A DNA stretch of 64,000 nucleotides from Acidobacteriota bacterium (GCA_963668095.1 OY764083.1:1061525-1125524), one strand, 5' to 3'; counted from the first letter of the stretch, positions 29,460-39,127 are shown. Numbers and translations are program-made. The notes: generated by a model not told the origin, from the sequence alone.

Positions 29460-30935
29460 ATGGATCCACGACCTGAAATGGGCCTGCTCCTGACCCGGCG
29501 TCATTTCTTCGGGCTCGGCAGCACGGGGATCGGGACGGCGGCTCTGGCGACGCTCCTGAATCGGGATCTGGGCGCTGCGGGTCTGGGACGATCCCCCTCT
29601 TCCGGGGACACGAACCGCGGGTTGCCCGGTTATCCTCATTACGCCCCGACCGCCAAACGGGTGATCTACCTGTTCCAGTCGGGCGCCCCCTCGCAGATGG
29701 AGCTGTTCGACTACAAGCCGGGACTGCAGGACCTGCGGGGAACGGAGCTTCCCGACTCCATCCGCAAGGGGCAGCGCCTGACCGGCATGACGGCCACCCA
29801 GTCCAGCTTCCCGGTGGCTCCCACGCTGTTCAATTTCAGCCAACATGGCCAGTCGGGGGCCTGGGTCAGCGAGCTCATGCCCCATACCGCCGGAATTGTC
29901 GACGACATCAGTTTCGTGAAATCCATGCACACCGAGGCCATCAACCACGACCCGGCGGTCACCTTCTTCCAGACCGGAGCCCAGTTGGCCGGCCGGCCCA
30001 GCATCGGCTCCTGGATCTCCTACGGCCTGGGCAGCGACACCGAGGACCTGCCGTCGTTCGTGGTCATGGTCTCCATGGGAACGGGTGCGCCCGGCGGTCA
30101 GCCGCTTTACGACCGGCTCTGGGGCAGCGGCTTCCTGCCGACGCGCTACCAGGGAGTGAAATTCCGATCCGTGGGAGACCCGGTCCTGTACCTCTCCAAT
30201 CCACCCGGCCTGAATCGGACCGGCCGCCGGCGTTTTCTGGACGATCTGGGCCGCCTCAACCAGCTCAAGGCCGAGGAATACCAGGACCCGGAGATCAACA
30301 CGCGGATCTCCCAGTACGAGATGGCCTATCGCATGCAGGCATCGGTTCCGGACCTGACCGATCTCTCGGACGAGCCGGAGCTGACTTTCGAACTGTACGG
30401 ACCGGAGTCCCGGAAACCGGGAACTTTCGCGGCCAACTGCCTGCTGGCCCGGCGTCTGGCCGAGCGCGGCACCCGGTTCATCCAGCTCTTCCACCGGGGC
30501 TGGGATCAACACAACCGCCTTCCCAAGCAGATCCGGGGACAGTGCTACGATACGGACCAGCCGTCGGCCGCCCTGGTTCAGGATCTCAAGGAGCGAGGGC
30601 TGCTGGAGGACACTCTGGTCATCTGGGGAGGAGAGTTCGGACGAACCGTCTACTCCCAGGGGCGTCTCACGGAGGACGACTACGGACGGGACCACCATCC
30701 CCGCTGCTTCACCATCTGGATGGCCGGAGGGGGCATTCGGCCGGGAGTCGTCCATGGAGAGACCGACGACTTCTGCTACAACATCACCCGGGACCCCGTC
30801 CACGTCCACGATTTACAGGCCACCATCCTCCACTGCCTGGGAATCGACCACACCCGCTTGACCTACAAGTACCAGGGCCGGGACTTCAGGCTCACCGACG
30901 TTCATGGCAACCTGGTGAAACCGATCCTCTCCTGA
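29460..30935 (+). CDS. DUF1501 protein with Tat signal
   Basis: 491 aa. Leader [19 protein letters not shown]. Paralog of 10813-12243. 3 nt after the partner gene. Confidence 0.9.
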   Translation: MDPRPEMGLLLTRRHFFGLGSTGIGTAALATLLNRDLGAAGLGRSPSSGDTNRGLPGYPHYAPTAKRVIYLFQSGAPSQMELFDYKPGLQDLRGTELPDSIRKGQRLTGMTATQSSFPVAPTLFNFSQHGQSGAWVSELMPHTAGIVDDISFVKSMHTEAINHDPAVTFFQTGAQLAGRPSIGSWISYGLGSDTEDLPSFVVMVSMGTGAPGGQPLYDRLWGSGFLPTRYQGVKFRSVGDPVLYLSNPPGLNRTGRRRFLDDLGRLNQLKAEEYQDPEINTRISQYEMAYRMQASVPDLTDLSDEPELTFELYGPESRKPGTFAANCLLARRLAERGTRFIQLFHRGWDQHNRLPKQIRGQCYDTDQPSAALVQDLKERGLLEDTLVIWGGEFGRTVYSQGRLTEDDYGRDHHPRCFTIWMAGGGIRPGVVHGETDDFCYNITRDPVHVHDLQATILHCLGIDHTRLTYKYQGRDFRLTDVHGNLVKPILS

Positions 30936-30969
30936 CCCGTTTTTCATCTCTGCAGAAAGGAGTCACGGC

Positions 30970-32208
30970 ATGGGCACCTTGCTCACGGTGGCCGCGCTCA
31001 CACTGATCATTTCGGGTATGTGCTCGCTCTTCGAGGCGACGCTCTACTCGACGACGGTTCCCAGTCTGGAGGCGGCCCAGGTCAAAGGCCGGAGGCGCCA
31101 CCTGGCGCGGCGCTTCCTGACCATGAAGACGTCCATCGCCCGTCCCACCTCGGCCATCCTGATCCTGAACACCCTCGCCAATACGGGAGGCGCCACCATC
31201 GCCGGCATGTACGCCGCGCAGGTCCTGGGCGTGTCCTGGGTCCCGGTCTTCTCAGGGGGCCTCACCCTGGGGATTCTGCTGTTGTCGGAGATCCTGCCCA
31301 AGACCTACGGCGCCGTTCACTGGCGCCGTCTCTGGCCCTTCATCGTCTGGCCGCTGGCCAGCATGGAGAAGCTCTTCTACCCGGTCATCCGTTCTCTGGA
31401 GGGGCTGACCCGGCTCCTGATCCGGGGGAGTCCGGCCGGACAACCGACCGAGGGTGAGATTCTCTCCATGATCCGGTTGGGGGCCCGCTCGGGGGAATTG
31501 AGCGCAACCGAACTGCAGCTCTTGAACTCCGTCTTCCGCTTCGACGAGATGGTCTGCCGCCAGGCGATGGTGCCGCGCCGCGAGGTCGCCTTTCTGAAGA
31601 TGGACGACAACCTGGACGAGGCCCTGGCATTGGCCCGGCAGACCAAGCACTCGCGTTATCCCCTATGCCGGACCTCCCTGGACGACGCCACGGGCCTGAT
31701 CCACGTCAAGGACCTCCTCAACGTCTCCCGGGACCAGAACCCGGATCTGGTCTCCCTGGCCCGATCCTTCCCGGCCATCCCGGAAACCCTCCCCCTGAGC
31801 CGGCTCCTGCGGCGCATGCAGGCGGATCAGCTGCACATGGCTCTGGTGGTGGACGAGCATGGAACCGCAGTTGGTGTCATCACCTTGGAGAACGTGCTGG
31901 AGGAACTGGTGGGAGCGGTCCAGGACGAATTCGACCGGGAGGCGCCGGACATCGTGCCCGACGGAGAGGATCGTTTCCGGGTCAGAGGTCAAATCTCTCT
32001 GGGCTGGCTCAACCAGGAGCTGGAGCTGGAATTGGAAGCTCCGCATGTGGACACCCTCTCGGGTCTGATCGTGAGTCATCTGGGCCGCCTGCCCGCAAGA
32101 GGCGACGCGTTGGAGTTGGAACAGGTCACGGTCCGGGTGCTGGAGGTCAAGCAGGGGCTGGCGTCGCAGGTCCGGCTGCAGATCAAGCCCAAGGCCCCGG
32201 ACCTGTGA
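30970..32208 (+). CDS. CNNM/HlyC-CorC family transporter (DUF21-CBS-CorC_HlyC)
   Basis: 412 aa. N-terminal DUF21 TM region, CBS pair and C-terminal transporter-associated domain. Confidence 0.85.
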   Translation: MGTLLTVAALTLIISGMCSLFEATLYSTTVPSLEAAQVKGRRRHLARRFLTMKTSIARPTSAILILNTLANTGGATIAGMYAAQVLGVSWVPVFSGGLTLGILLLSEILPKTYGAVHWRRLWPFIVWPLASMEKLFYPVIRSLEGLTRLLIRGSPAGQPTEGEILSMIRLGARSGELSATELQLLNSVFRFDEMVCRQAMVPRREVAFLKMDDNLDEALALARQTKHSRYPLCRTSLDDATGLIHVKDLLNVSRDQNPDLVSLARSFPAIPETLPLSRLLRRMQADQLHMALVVDEHGTAVGVITLENVLEELVGAVQDEFDREAPDIVPDGEDRFRVRGQISLGWLNQELELELEAPHVDTLSGLIVSHLGRLPARGDALELEQVTVRVLEVKQGLASQVRLQIKPKAPDL

Positions 32209-32963
32209 TGGCCGGCGTGACCCAACCCGTTCATTCCCGGCTCTTTCTGATTCTGTTTGTCATTGTCGCCACCACGGCCTCATCCTGCATCCTGCGCTCC
32301 GGACAACAGTACCGCCATTTCTCCACACCCACTCCCATCGCACAGGACGACACCCTGATTCTTGGCTTCATGGGCGGCCGCGACTCCTGGGACAACACCG
32401 TGGTCGGCGTGGGCCGAATCGCGGGCCGCCTTCGCGAACGAGGTCTTCCGGGAGTGCATGTCGAGACGGCCGAGAACCAAAAACGGAACCTGGCCGTTCG
32501 TCTCGTTCGCTCGGCCCTGGATACCAACCGTGACGGCCAGCTCCAATCCGCCGAACGCCTGCAGGCACGAATCGTGGTTTACGGCCAGAGCTTCGGCGGG
32601 GCCGCCGTCGTCAAGTTTGCCCGCCAGCTCGACACGCTGGACATCCCGATCCTGTTGACCGTCCAAGTGGACAGCGTCGGCCGAGGGGACGGCATGATTC
32701 CCCCCAATGTTCGCGCCGCCGCCAATATCTACCAGAACAACGGTCGCCTGATCCGGGGGGAGGCCCCGATCCGGGCTGAGGATCCAACCCGCACGAAGAT
32801 TCTCGGCAATTTCCGCTTGGACTACGCAAACAGCCCCATCGACGTGTCCGATCTCCGCTGGTACAAGACCCTCGCCCGCATCGCCCACGCCAAAATGGAC
32901 CGCGACCCCAAGGTCTGGAACAAGGTGGAGGCTCTGATCCTCGAAGCTCTGGGAGTAGGGTAG
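32208..32963 (+). CDS. lipoprotein, possible alpha/beta-hydrolase fold
   Basis: Lipobox-like LILFVIVATTASSC. GQSFGG nucleophile-elbow-like motif. Start overlaps the upstream stop. Confidence 0.5.
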   Translation: MAGVTQPVHSRLFLILFVIVATTASSCILRSGQQYRHFSTPTPIAQDDTLILGFMGGRDSWDNTVVGVGRIAGRLRERGLPGVHVETAENQKRNLAVRLVRSALDTNRDGQLQSAERLQARIVVYGQSFGGAAVVKFARQLDTLDIPILLTVQVDSVGRGDGMIPPNVRAAANIYQNNGRLIRGEAPIRAEDPTRTKILGNFRLDYANSPIDVSDLRWYKTLARIAHAKMDRDPKVWNKVEALILEALGVG

Positions 32964-33012
32964 GAGGGGGGACATCCCTGTCCCCCTGGAGGGGCGTCTT
33001 TCAGGCGCCCTC
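32958..33012. repeat. G-rich hairpin repeat overlapping the stop codon
   Basis: GGGTAGGAGGGGGGACATCCCTGTCCCCC differs by 1 nt from the copy at 1749-1777 and is followed by a second hairpin, GAGGGGCG..GCGCCCTC. Confidence 0.6.
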
Positions 33013-33155
33013 TTTCGGACCAATCATGACCCATGGCAAGGGACTGCAGGGAGAGCGGGAGTAGGAAAACCCCCGCCTGGAAAATCCCTGTTTCGCCCAG
33101 GATCTCGCCGGCTTATGGCCGGCGGGGGAGCTTTCCTCTCTTCTCAGAAACGGGG

Positions 33156-33228
33156 TGGGCCGTGCTGGGATCGAACCAGCGACCCTCTGCTTAAAAGGCA
33201 GATGCTCTACCGACTGAGCTAACGGCCC
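33156..33228 (-). tRNA. tRNA-Lys (anticodon TTT)
   Basis: Reverse complement GGGCCGTTAGCTCAGTCGGTAGAGCATCTGCCTTTTAAGCAGAGGGTCGCTGGTTCGATCCCAGCACGGCCCA folds as a cloverleaf. Anticodon loop CTTTTAA. CCA is not fully encoded. Confidence 0.9.
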
Positions 33229-33387
33229 ACGGTTGGACAGCGGGAGGAACGCCGCCTGCCAGAGGCTGGGGCGTCCGGCGTGCGTCAGTCTAGCAGATTC
33301 CCCGCGATTCCAGCCATGGAACGCCTGCCCCAATATAGACATAAAAACTGACTGGTCATATAATATGTCCAGTTGATACGGAGTCGA

Positions 33388-33615
33388 ATGATGAAAACGA
33401 TTGGAGCCGCAAAGTTCAAGGAGCAATGCTTGGCCTTGTTGGATCGTCTTGATGCAGAGGGCCTGATCGTCACCAAGCATGGCAACCCGGTCGCGCGCAT
33501 CCTTCCCTACGATCAGGATTGCGCCGATCTGATCGGCAGCCTTAAACACAAGATTGAGATCCGGGGCGATATCCTGACGACCGGTCTCCGCTGGAATGCC
33601 GATGCTCAATCTTGA
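33388..33615 (+). CDS. Phd/YefM-type antitoxin
   Basis: 75 aa. MMKTIGAAKFKEQCLALLDRL...IVTKHGNPVARILP. Overlaps the downstream PIN gene. Confidence 0.7.
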   Translation: MMKTIGAAKFKEQCLALLDRLDAEGLIVTKHGNPVARILPYDQDCADLIGSLKHKIEIRGDILTTGLRWNADAQS

Positions 33616-33964
33616 TACGCACATCCTTGTCCGTGCCCTCGCCGATGAACTCCGCCCGTCCGAGCGGAGCCTCCTGAAACGGAACCGATGGTCCGTTTCA
33701 GCCATCGTGTTGTGGGAGTTGGCCAAACTCGTTCAATTGGGCCGGGTGGACCTTGACCTCGCCGACCGTGCAGTAACCCGCGCCCTGAATCGCGTGCAGA
33801 TATGGCCACTCGATCTTGCCGTCGCCATCGTGTCAACCCGTCTCGATTTCAAGGGTGATCCAGCAGACGAGCTCGTTGCCGCGACCAGCATCGTCCACAA
33901 CGTGCCGCTTCTCACCCGGGACCGCGCCATCCTGGGCTCAAGGATCGTCCCCTTGGACTCATAG
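33596..33964 (+). CDS. vapC: PIN-domain toxin VapC
   Basis: 122 aa. LNLDTHILV...WELAKL...DPADELVAATSIVHNVPLLTRD. Confidence 0.8.
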   Translation: MPMLNLDTHILVRALADELRPSERSLLKRNRWSVSAIVLWELAKLVQLGRVDLDLADRAVTRALNRVQIWPLDLAVAIVSTRLDFKGDPADELVAATSIVHNVPLLTRDRAILGSRIVPLDS

Positions 33965-34152
33965 ATCCGCAGTCACATCACCGGATTGGGGACCAGTTGG
34001 ACCCGGGGGTACTTCAGTGCCAATCCCCTTACCACCTGTGAATCATCACGCGATGATGTCCCAAGTTCCCCTGGAAGCGCGATCGGAACAATTGGTTCGC
34101 TTGACGTCCAGCGGGACAATTGTACAAAGGAGAATGACTTGAGGAGGAAGAA

Positions 34153-34552
34153 TTGGACATTGTGATTGACACATCGGCACTCATCGCAGTGATCGCCGGT
34201 GAGCCCGAGCGGGACGCGATTGTCTCTGTGACCTCGGGTCATACGCTGATCGGACCCGTGTCCATCCCATGGGAACTCGAAAATGCTTTCACGGCGATGA
34301 AAAAACGGCGCCGGATTGGCGTTGCCGATGCCCAAAGAGGCTTGGAGTTGTTCGACAGCATTCCGTTGAGATACATGAGAATCGACATGGCGAACGTCAT
34401 ATCCATCGCCGCAGAAACAAAAACATCTGCATACGACGCTTATTTTTTTGGATTGCGCGGCACGCTTCCGTGCTCCCTTATTGACATTGGATCGGTCACT
34501 GATGCGTGCTGCGGAAGAACTCGGCATCAAGATCATAATTCCAGAGGGCTAA
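34153..34552 (+). pseudogene. vapC: PIN-domain VapC disrupted by a +1 frameshift in a T7 run
   Basis: TTG start follows GAGGAGGAAG; protein begins MDIVIDTSALIAV. After the T run at 34443-34449 the PIN C-terminus (LDCAARFRAPLLTLDRSLMRAAEELGIKII, stop 34550-34552) continues in another frame. Confidence 0.7.
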
Positions 34553-34553
34553 A

Positions 34554-34796
34554 ATGGAAATTTATTCCTACTCGGAAGCGAGACAGAAACTTGCCCGCGT
34601 GCTGGACGAGGCGGATTCAACAGGGAAGGTGTTCATTCGCCGGCAAGACGGCAGGACCTATGCCCTGGTGCCGGAGGGAACGCCCAAGTCACCTCTGGAC
34701 ATTCCTTCGATCAGTGCAAAAATCTCTACCCAGGAGATCGTCTCACTGATCAGGCGCGAACGAGGCAGACCGAGAGGATTGAAGACGTTCGACTGA
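34554..34796 (+). CDS. Phd/YefM-like antitoxin located downstream of the toxin
   Basis: 80 aa. MEIYSYSEARQKLARVLDEA...VFIRRQDGRTYALVP. ATG lies 1 nt after the restored VapC stop. Confidence 0.65.
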   Translation: MEIYSYSEARQKLARVLDEADSTGKVFIRRQDGRTYALVPEGTPKSPLDIPSISAKISTQEIVSLIRRERGRPRGLKTFD

Positions 34797-34798
34797 CG

Positions 34799-35464
34799 TC
34801 AGCCACCACGTATGGGGACGCGGCGCGACAACCAACGTCGGCGGTCAGCCATTGACGCGGTTTTTATCAAGGTTTCTCCGGTACCGGCTGCGCTGGGCGC
34901 GCCCTCGCTGGTCTTTTGGCCTTCGATTGCGTCGGCGAGCGCGCGCCAAGCCTGAGGAACGGTCTGCGGCGGCAGTCGCTCGGAACGCCGTTTCCATTGT
35001 CGCAGGACGGCGCGTCGATACTCCAGACCGCAGCGCGCGAGCGCCCACTCCTCGTAGTCCGCGATGCGCCGAATGGCGGCGACGGTCAAGTCAACCGGTA
35101 CGCGGGGCGACGGAGGCGTCTGTGCGGCCGGGATCATGTCGAGCCTCCAAATTGGCTCTTGGACCGTCTCCAACGGCAGCCAAAGGGGTTTAAACTGGTA
35201 GCGGTTAAGGAAGACGCCGCCCTTCCGCAGCGTTCCGTACAGGAGGCCGAAACCCCACAACATGAGGCTGTCGCCGTCGGGTAGCGTGAGCGTGTAGCAG
35301 CTCGATCCTGCTTCTCCTTCGGGCGGCCGTCCCTTGAGGAAGCCCGCTTCGAGCAGGAGGTTGCCTTCCGGACGCACGATGTCCCGGCCCCAGTTCCAGC
35401 ACTGCCGGTGCAGCAGTTCTTGCCCCTTGCGTCGGTGGCCGCCGGAGATCGGGCTCACAGCCAT
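34799..35464 (-). CDS. hypothetical protein, last gene of the FeoB-like operon
   Basis: 221 aa from MAVSPISGG. 10-nt overlap with the feoB-like stop. No motif recognised. Confidence 0.45.
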   Translation of the reverse strand: MAVSPISGGHRRKGQELLHRQCWNWGRDIVRPEGNLLLEAGFLKGRPPEGEAGSSCYTLTLPDGDSLMLWGFGLLYGTLRKGGVFLNRYQFKPLWLPLETVQEPIWRLDMIPAAQTPPSPRVPVDLTVAAIRRIADYEEWALARCGLEYRRAVLRQWKRRSERLPPQTVPQAWRALADAIEGQKTSEGAPSAAGTGETLIKTASMADRRRWLSRRVPIRGG

Positions 35465-37083
35465 GCTCCGCCCCAAGCCAGCAAAGCGCTGAACCCGGTG
35501 GCCGCGAAAGCCTGCCGACCCACCAACCGCAGCGCAAACGCGTGTCCCTGCTCGCGCGCAATCGTCAAGCAGGTGACCAGACAAGGCAGCAGCACGCCGG
35601 CCAGGTAGACGGCCGTCAACAGCTGGACGGCGCTGAGACTTGCGGCGACGCCAGGCTCCGCCAGCAGTAAGATCCCGTCCTTGCGCACGCTCGCCAAGAC
35701 CACCGCCAGGGCCGCCTCCGAGGGCAATCGAAAGGCGGCCATCGCCGGTTCGACGACGGCCGACGCAGCTTGCAGCGCGCCCAGCCAATGCAACAGCGAA
35801 GCTGCGGCCGTGATCAGAATGAAGATCGGCAAGGCCCCGCGAAGGAACTCCCGAACAACGCCCTGCGCCTCAAGCCAGACGGCGCTCGGGCGCGGCCAGG
35901 TCAAGAAGACCCGGCCCTCGGTCAACAGCACGTTGAAGGGAGAACGAGCCGCTTGCGGCGCGCTGAGGCGGGAATAGGCGAGAGTCGTGACGCCGAGATA
36001 AAGCAGGTAGAGAACGATCAACTTGGGTCGTCCCGCCGCGGCGAAGACCGCCAGCGTGGCTCCCAACTGATACGAACAGGCCGAACCGAACGCGATGGCC
36101 GAGACGCATGCGCCACGCGAGCAAGCCGACGACGAGCGCGCGCTGATGACGGCGGGCACGTTGCAGCCGAAACCCATCACGACGCGCGCCAACTCCCGGC
36201 CCGTCATGCCGAACGGCCGCAGCCACGGATTCATGGCGGTTGTCAGGCGATCAAGCAAGCCGCTCGCCTTGTACGCACCCATCAGCAACGCATGGAGCAC
36301 GACCACCGGAGTCGCCCACACCAACAGCAGCGGCCCCATCGTGACAAAGCCGTAGTCGCCGGCCAGGATCTCCGCAAGCGGTTGCGGCCAGTTCGTCGAC
36401 AACCCGGCCAGCAGCCCAGCCGGGGCGCGAACCCAGGGGTCGATTCGATCCGCGAGACGGTTGGCAGCGTCCACCGCGACCCAGGCAGGCATCAACAACA
36501 GCAGCAGCGCCCAGAAAGGCCCAAGGGCGGAGCGATCCAGGAAAAGAGGTCGCGGACGGACGATCAGATCGCCGAAGCTCAAACCGGCTTCGGCGGGGAT
36601 CGGGCCGGGGGCTTCCAGCGCCTGCATCAACCCTTGACGATCGTTGGCGTCCAGTCGTCGAGCGTCCACGAAGACCACCGGTAAACCCGTTCGGAGCGCC
36701 AGCTCTTCCAGCCGCGCCTCCACTTCCAGCCGGGCGAGTCGGTCCCGGTGGGTCACGGCCAGGGCGCCGAGTCGACCCGCTACGAGCGGCAGCAGGTCGG
36801 CCAAGTCTGCGTCCAGTTCGGTTCCCTGGGCAACCAGTAGGACGGTATCATCGCCACGCAGCCGCTCCAGGGCGAGTCGGGTGGTCTCAACATCGGAGCT
36901 TCGTAGCAGTCCGGGCGTGTCGATCAGTTCCCAGTCGTCCACTCGGTAGGAGTCGCAGCCGACGTTGGCGCCTCGGAAGTTCGAGGCAACGCTGGACGCA
37001 CCCGTCAGCGATGCGGCCAGTTGCGTCTTGCCGACGTTTTCCTTACCCAACAGAACGGCAGTTCGAATTGACGTCTGGAGCAT
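35455..37083 (-). CDS. feoB: FeoB-like ferrous iron transporter (GTPase + membrane domain)
   Basis: 542 aa. G1 motif GKENVGKT, G3 motif DTPG, and GFGCNVPAV in the membrane domain. Confidence 0.8.
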   Translation of the reverse strand: MLQTSIRTAVLLGKENVGKTQLAASLTGASSVASNFRGANVGCDSYRVDDWELIDTPGLLRSSDVETTRLALERLRGDDTVLLVAQGTELDADLADLLPLVAGRLGALAVTHRDRLARLEVEARLEELALRTGLPVVFVDARRLDANDRQGLMQALEAPGPIPAEAGLSFGDLIVRPRPLFLDRSALGPFWALLLLLMPAWVAVDAANRLADRIDPWVRAPAGLLAGLSTNWPQPLAEILAGDYGFVTMGPLLLVWATPVVVLHALLMGAYKASGLLDRLTTAMNPWLRPFGMTGRELARVVMGFGCNVPAVISARSSSACSRGACVSAIAFGSACSYQLGATLAVFAAAGRPKLIVLYLLYLGVTTLAYSRLSAPQAARSPFNVLLTEGRVFLTWPRPSAVWLEAQGVVREFLRGALPIFILITAAASLLHWLGALQAASAVVEPAMAAFRLPSEAALAVVLASVRKDGILLLAEPGVAASLSAVQLLTAVYLAGVLLPCLVTCLTIAREQGHAFALRLVGRQAFAATGFSALLAWGGAWL

Positions 37084-37095
37084 TTCACGGCTCCT

Positions 37096-38223
37096 TCAAC
37101 AAGCGCAGTCATCGCTGCAGCACGATAGATCGTCGAGGTACATTCCATAGGGGCGGTAGGCCTCGAGCGGCTCCGCGCTGACCCGCAGGCGGCGGGCGAC
37201 CTGGTTGGCCACAACGGCGAAGCGCTGGCGGAACTTGTAGATGAAACAGAAGATGACATCGCCTTGGCGCACCTGTGGCCCGACCAGGAACAGCCCTTTC
37301 GTCACGGTGGATTCATCGTTTTCCGTCAGCAGCGGAAAACCGTCATCTCGCCAATCGAACAACGAGCGAACGAGGCTAGCCGATCCGGCGAATCCGGAGG
37401 CCAGGATCGGCTTCTCGGCGCAGTGGACGACGTCGCCGTCCTCGAGCGCCAACCGATATCCGTTGTCGTTGGGGCGGACGTCGGTGACAGTACAGCCGCC
37501 GCGCAGCGTCACCCGACCCGAGTCAATCACCGAATTCAGACGCGCCTTCGTAAAGGGCGACAAGAGTTCGCTGGGGTCCGGGCCCATTCGCGTCCACGGC
37601 TCCTCGCGGTCGAAGACGACGGCTCGTCGACCGGCGGCGGCCAGCGCGACGGCGGCGTCGATGCCGCTCTCGGAGCCGCCGATGATGCATCTCTCGTCGC
37701 CGCTGAGATCGTCAAATGAGGTCACCTTGGAGTAGTGCAGGCAAAGCTCGGCGCCGTGGAAGTCGTGGGTCCGCGGGTACTGCATTTCGCCGCCCGCCCA
37801 GACCACGAACCGCGCGCGGACGTCTCCGCGACTCGTCTCCACCCGAAATCCCTTGGGTCGAGCTCTCGTCGCGACCGAGAGAACGTCGACCCCGGTCTCT
37901 ACGGGCAAGTTGAAATGCTTCGCAACCCCTCGCAGATAGCCGGCGTACTCCTCCCCCGTGGGGTGCTCGACGCCAACCGAGTAAGCCGGCGAGGTGTGCA
38001 GACAGATGGCATTCAGGTCTATGATGCCGAACTGGTTGCTGTTGAACGACGGCGTGATGAAGCGCGTTTGCCGGGGCCAACGCAGGAATGAGGCGCCGAC
38101 GGCGGAGCGGTCGAGAATCACAAAGTTCTCGATTCCGAGGTCGCGTAGCGTCACACCAAAGCCGACACCGGCGGCCCCGGCGCCGACGACGACAATGTCG
38201 AATGAGCGGGCTCCTTTTCTCAA
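37096..38223 (-). CDS. FAD/NAD(P)-binding oxidoreductase with Cys-rich C-terminus
   Basis: Dinucleotide motif FDIVVVGAGAAG near the proposed TTG start, which forms a TTGA overlap with the upstream small ORF stop. The tail ends LSCCSDDCAC. Confidence 0.7.
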   Translation of the reverse strand: MRKGARSFDIVVVGAGAAGVGFGVTLRDLGIENFVILDRSAVGASFLRWPRQTRFITPSFNSNQFGIIDLNAICLHTSPAYSVGVEHPTGEEYAGYLRGVAKHFNLPVETGVDVLSVATRARPKGFRVETSRGDVRARFVVWAGGEMQYPRTHDFHGAELCLHYSKVTSFDDLSGDERCIIGGSESGIDAAVALAAAGRRAVVFDREEPWTRMGPDPSELLSPFTKARLNSVIDSGRVTLRGGCTVTDVRPNDNGYRLALEDGDVVHCAEKPILASGFAGSASLVRSLFDWRDDGFPLLTENDESTVTKGLFLVGPQVRQGDVIFCFIYKFRQRFAVVANQVARRLRVSAEPLEAYRPYGMYLDDLSCCSDDCAC

Positions 38224-38429
38224 CGGTTCACCCGCAACCGTTTCGCGTCCACCGAGGCGTAGCGCGCCATCGCGCGGTCGAGCCCGACCGTCGCCTCGAG
38301 CGTCTCGCCGACGCCGTGGAACGAGATAGCCAGCGGCGGTGCGAACGGCTTGAGCATGGCGCCGAGGCGGTCGTTGAGGGCTCTCCAGCCCCGTGACTCT
38401 GTAATGCCAGTTGCTGTCAATCGGTTCAT
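38220..38429 (-). CDS. small hypothetical protein (69 aa), apparently translationally coupled
   Basis: GGAAGGAG RBS precedes the ATG at 38427-38429. Its stop overlaps the downstream start. Confidence 0.4.
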   Translation of the reverse strand: MNRLTATGITESRGWRALNDRLGAMLKPFAPPLAISFHGVGETLEATVGLDRAMARYASVDAKRLRVNR

Positions 38430-38685
38430 CAGATTCTCCTTCCCAGATTCCACTTCCTGACTCCCAACGGTTCACTGATCTGCCACTGCCGTGAATGGAA
38501 ATCACGTGGGGCGTGCGCCACCGCCGGACCTCGGGAAGAATGCCTCCAAGCGGCACCGGAACTCGAGGGCCCGCGCGTTGCCGGGAAACACATCGATCGC
38601 CCGGGGTGCATTTGCATGCATTACCGAAACGGGCGGTGTCGCCGACGATGGCGGTACTAAAGGCGAACTAAGCGTGTAACGGGAA

Positions 38686-38994
38686 CTAGGCGGGGGGTGC
38701 GCGGGCGGAGAGGCTGCGGGAATGACCGGATGCGATCCATCCGCCGTCGCCAGCTTGCTCGAGCGGCGCCGAAACGTCCGAGAAACCGATCTGCAAGGAT
38801 CCGGACAGTTCGGCGGCGGGCTGGTGCCGGAGCTGGCAGGCCACGCAGTCGTGCCCGGCTACGTGCTCCTCGTGGCAGATGGCCGCGGTGATTGTGGCGC
38901 CGGCCAGCGCCAGCGCCAGGACGACGATCCAGGTGCCCCAGCCGAAGCCACGTCGGGCGGGTCCGGTGTGCATGGATCCTCTACGAGGCATCAT
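38686..38994 (-). CDS. small membrane-anchored His/Cys-motif protein
   Basis: 102 aa. One TM helix followed by CHEEHVAGHDCVAC. Function unknown. Confidence 0.4.
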   Translation of the reverse strand: MMPRRGSMHTGPARRGFGWGTWIVVLALALAGATITAAICHEEHVAGHDCVACQLRHQPAAELSGSLQIGFSDVSAPLEQAGDGGWIASGHSRSLSARAPPA

Positions 38995-39127
38995 TCTCCA
39001 AATCTAGCACAGATGGCCCCGGGGCCAAAAGGGCGGGAGCGAGAGAATCTCCTGGAAACGTGGGTTAAGTTCCCGACTTTCGCCCCGTTGATGAGAAGTT
39101 GGGGGCGGCCCCGTCCAGAAGCGGGTT

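Noticed and set aside
31665-32963. 432-aa ORF
   Set aside because: The N-terminal 181 codons overlap the CNNM gene out of frame. A lipoprotein-type signal begins at 32208, immediately after the CNNM stop.
33106-33124. Hairpin CGCCGGC-TTATG-GCCGGCG downstream of tRNA-Lys as an intrinsic terminator
   Set aside because: The stem is stable, but no U-tract follows it on the transcribed (minus) strand. It is not reported as a terminator.
33001-33726. 241-aa minus-strand ORF
   Set aside because: It runs straight through the tRNA-Lys gene and lies antisense to the phd-vapC module. It has no motifs.
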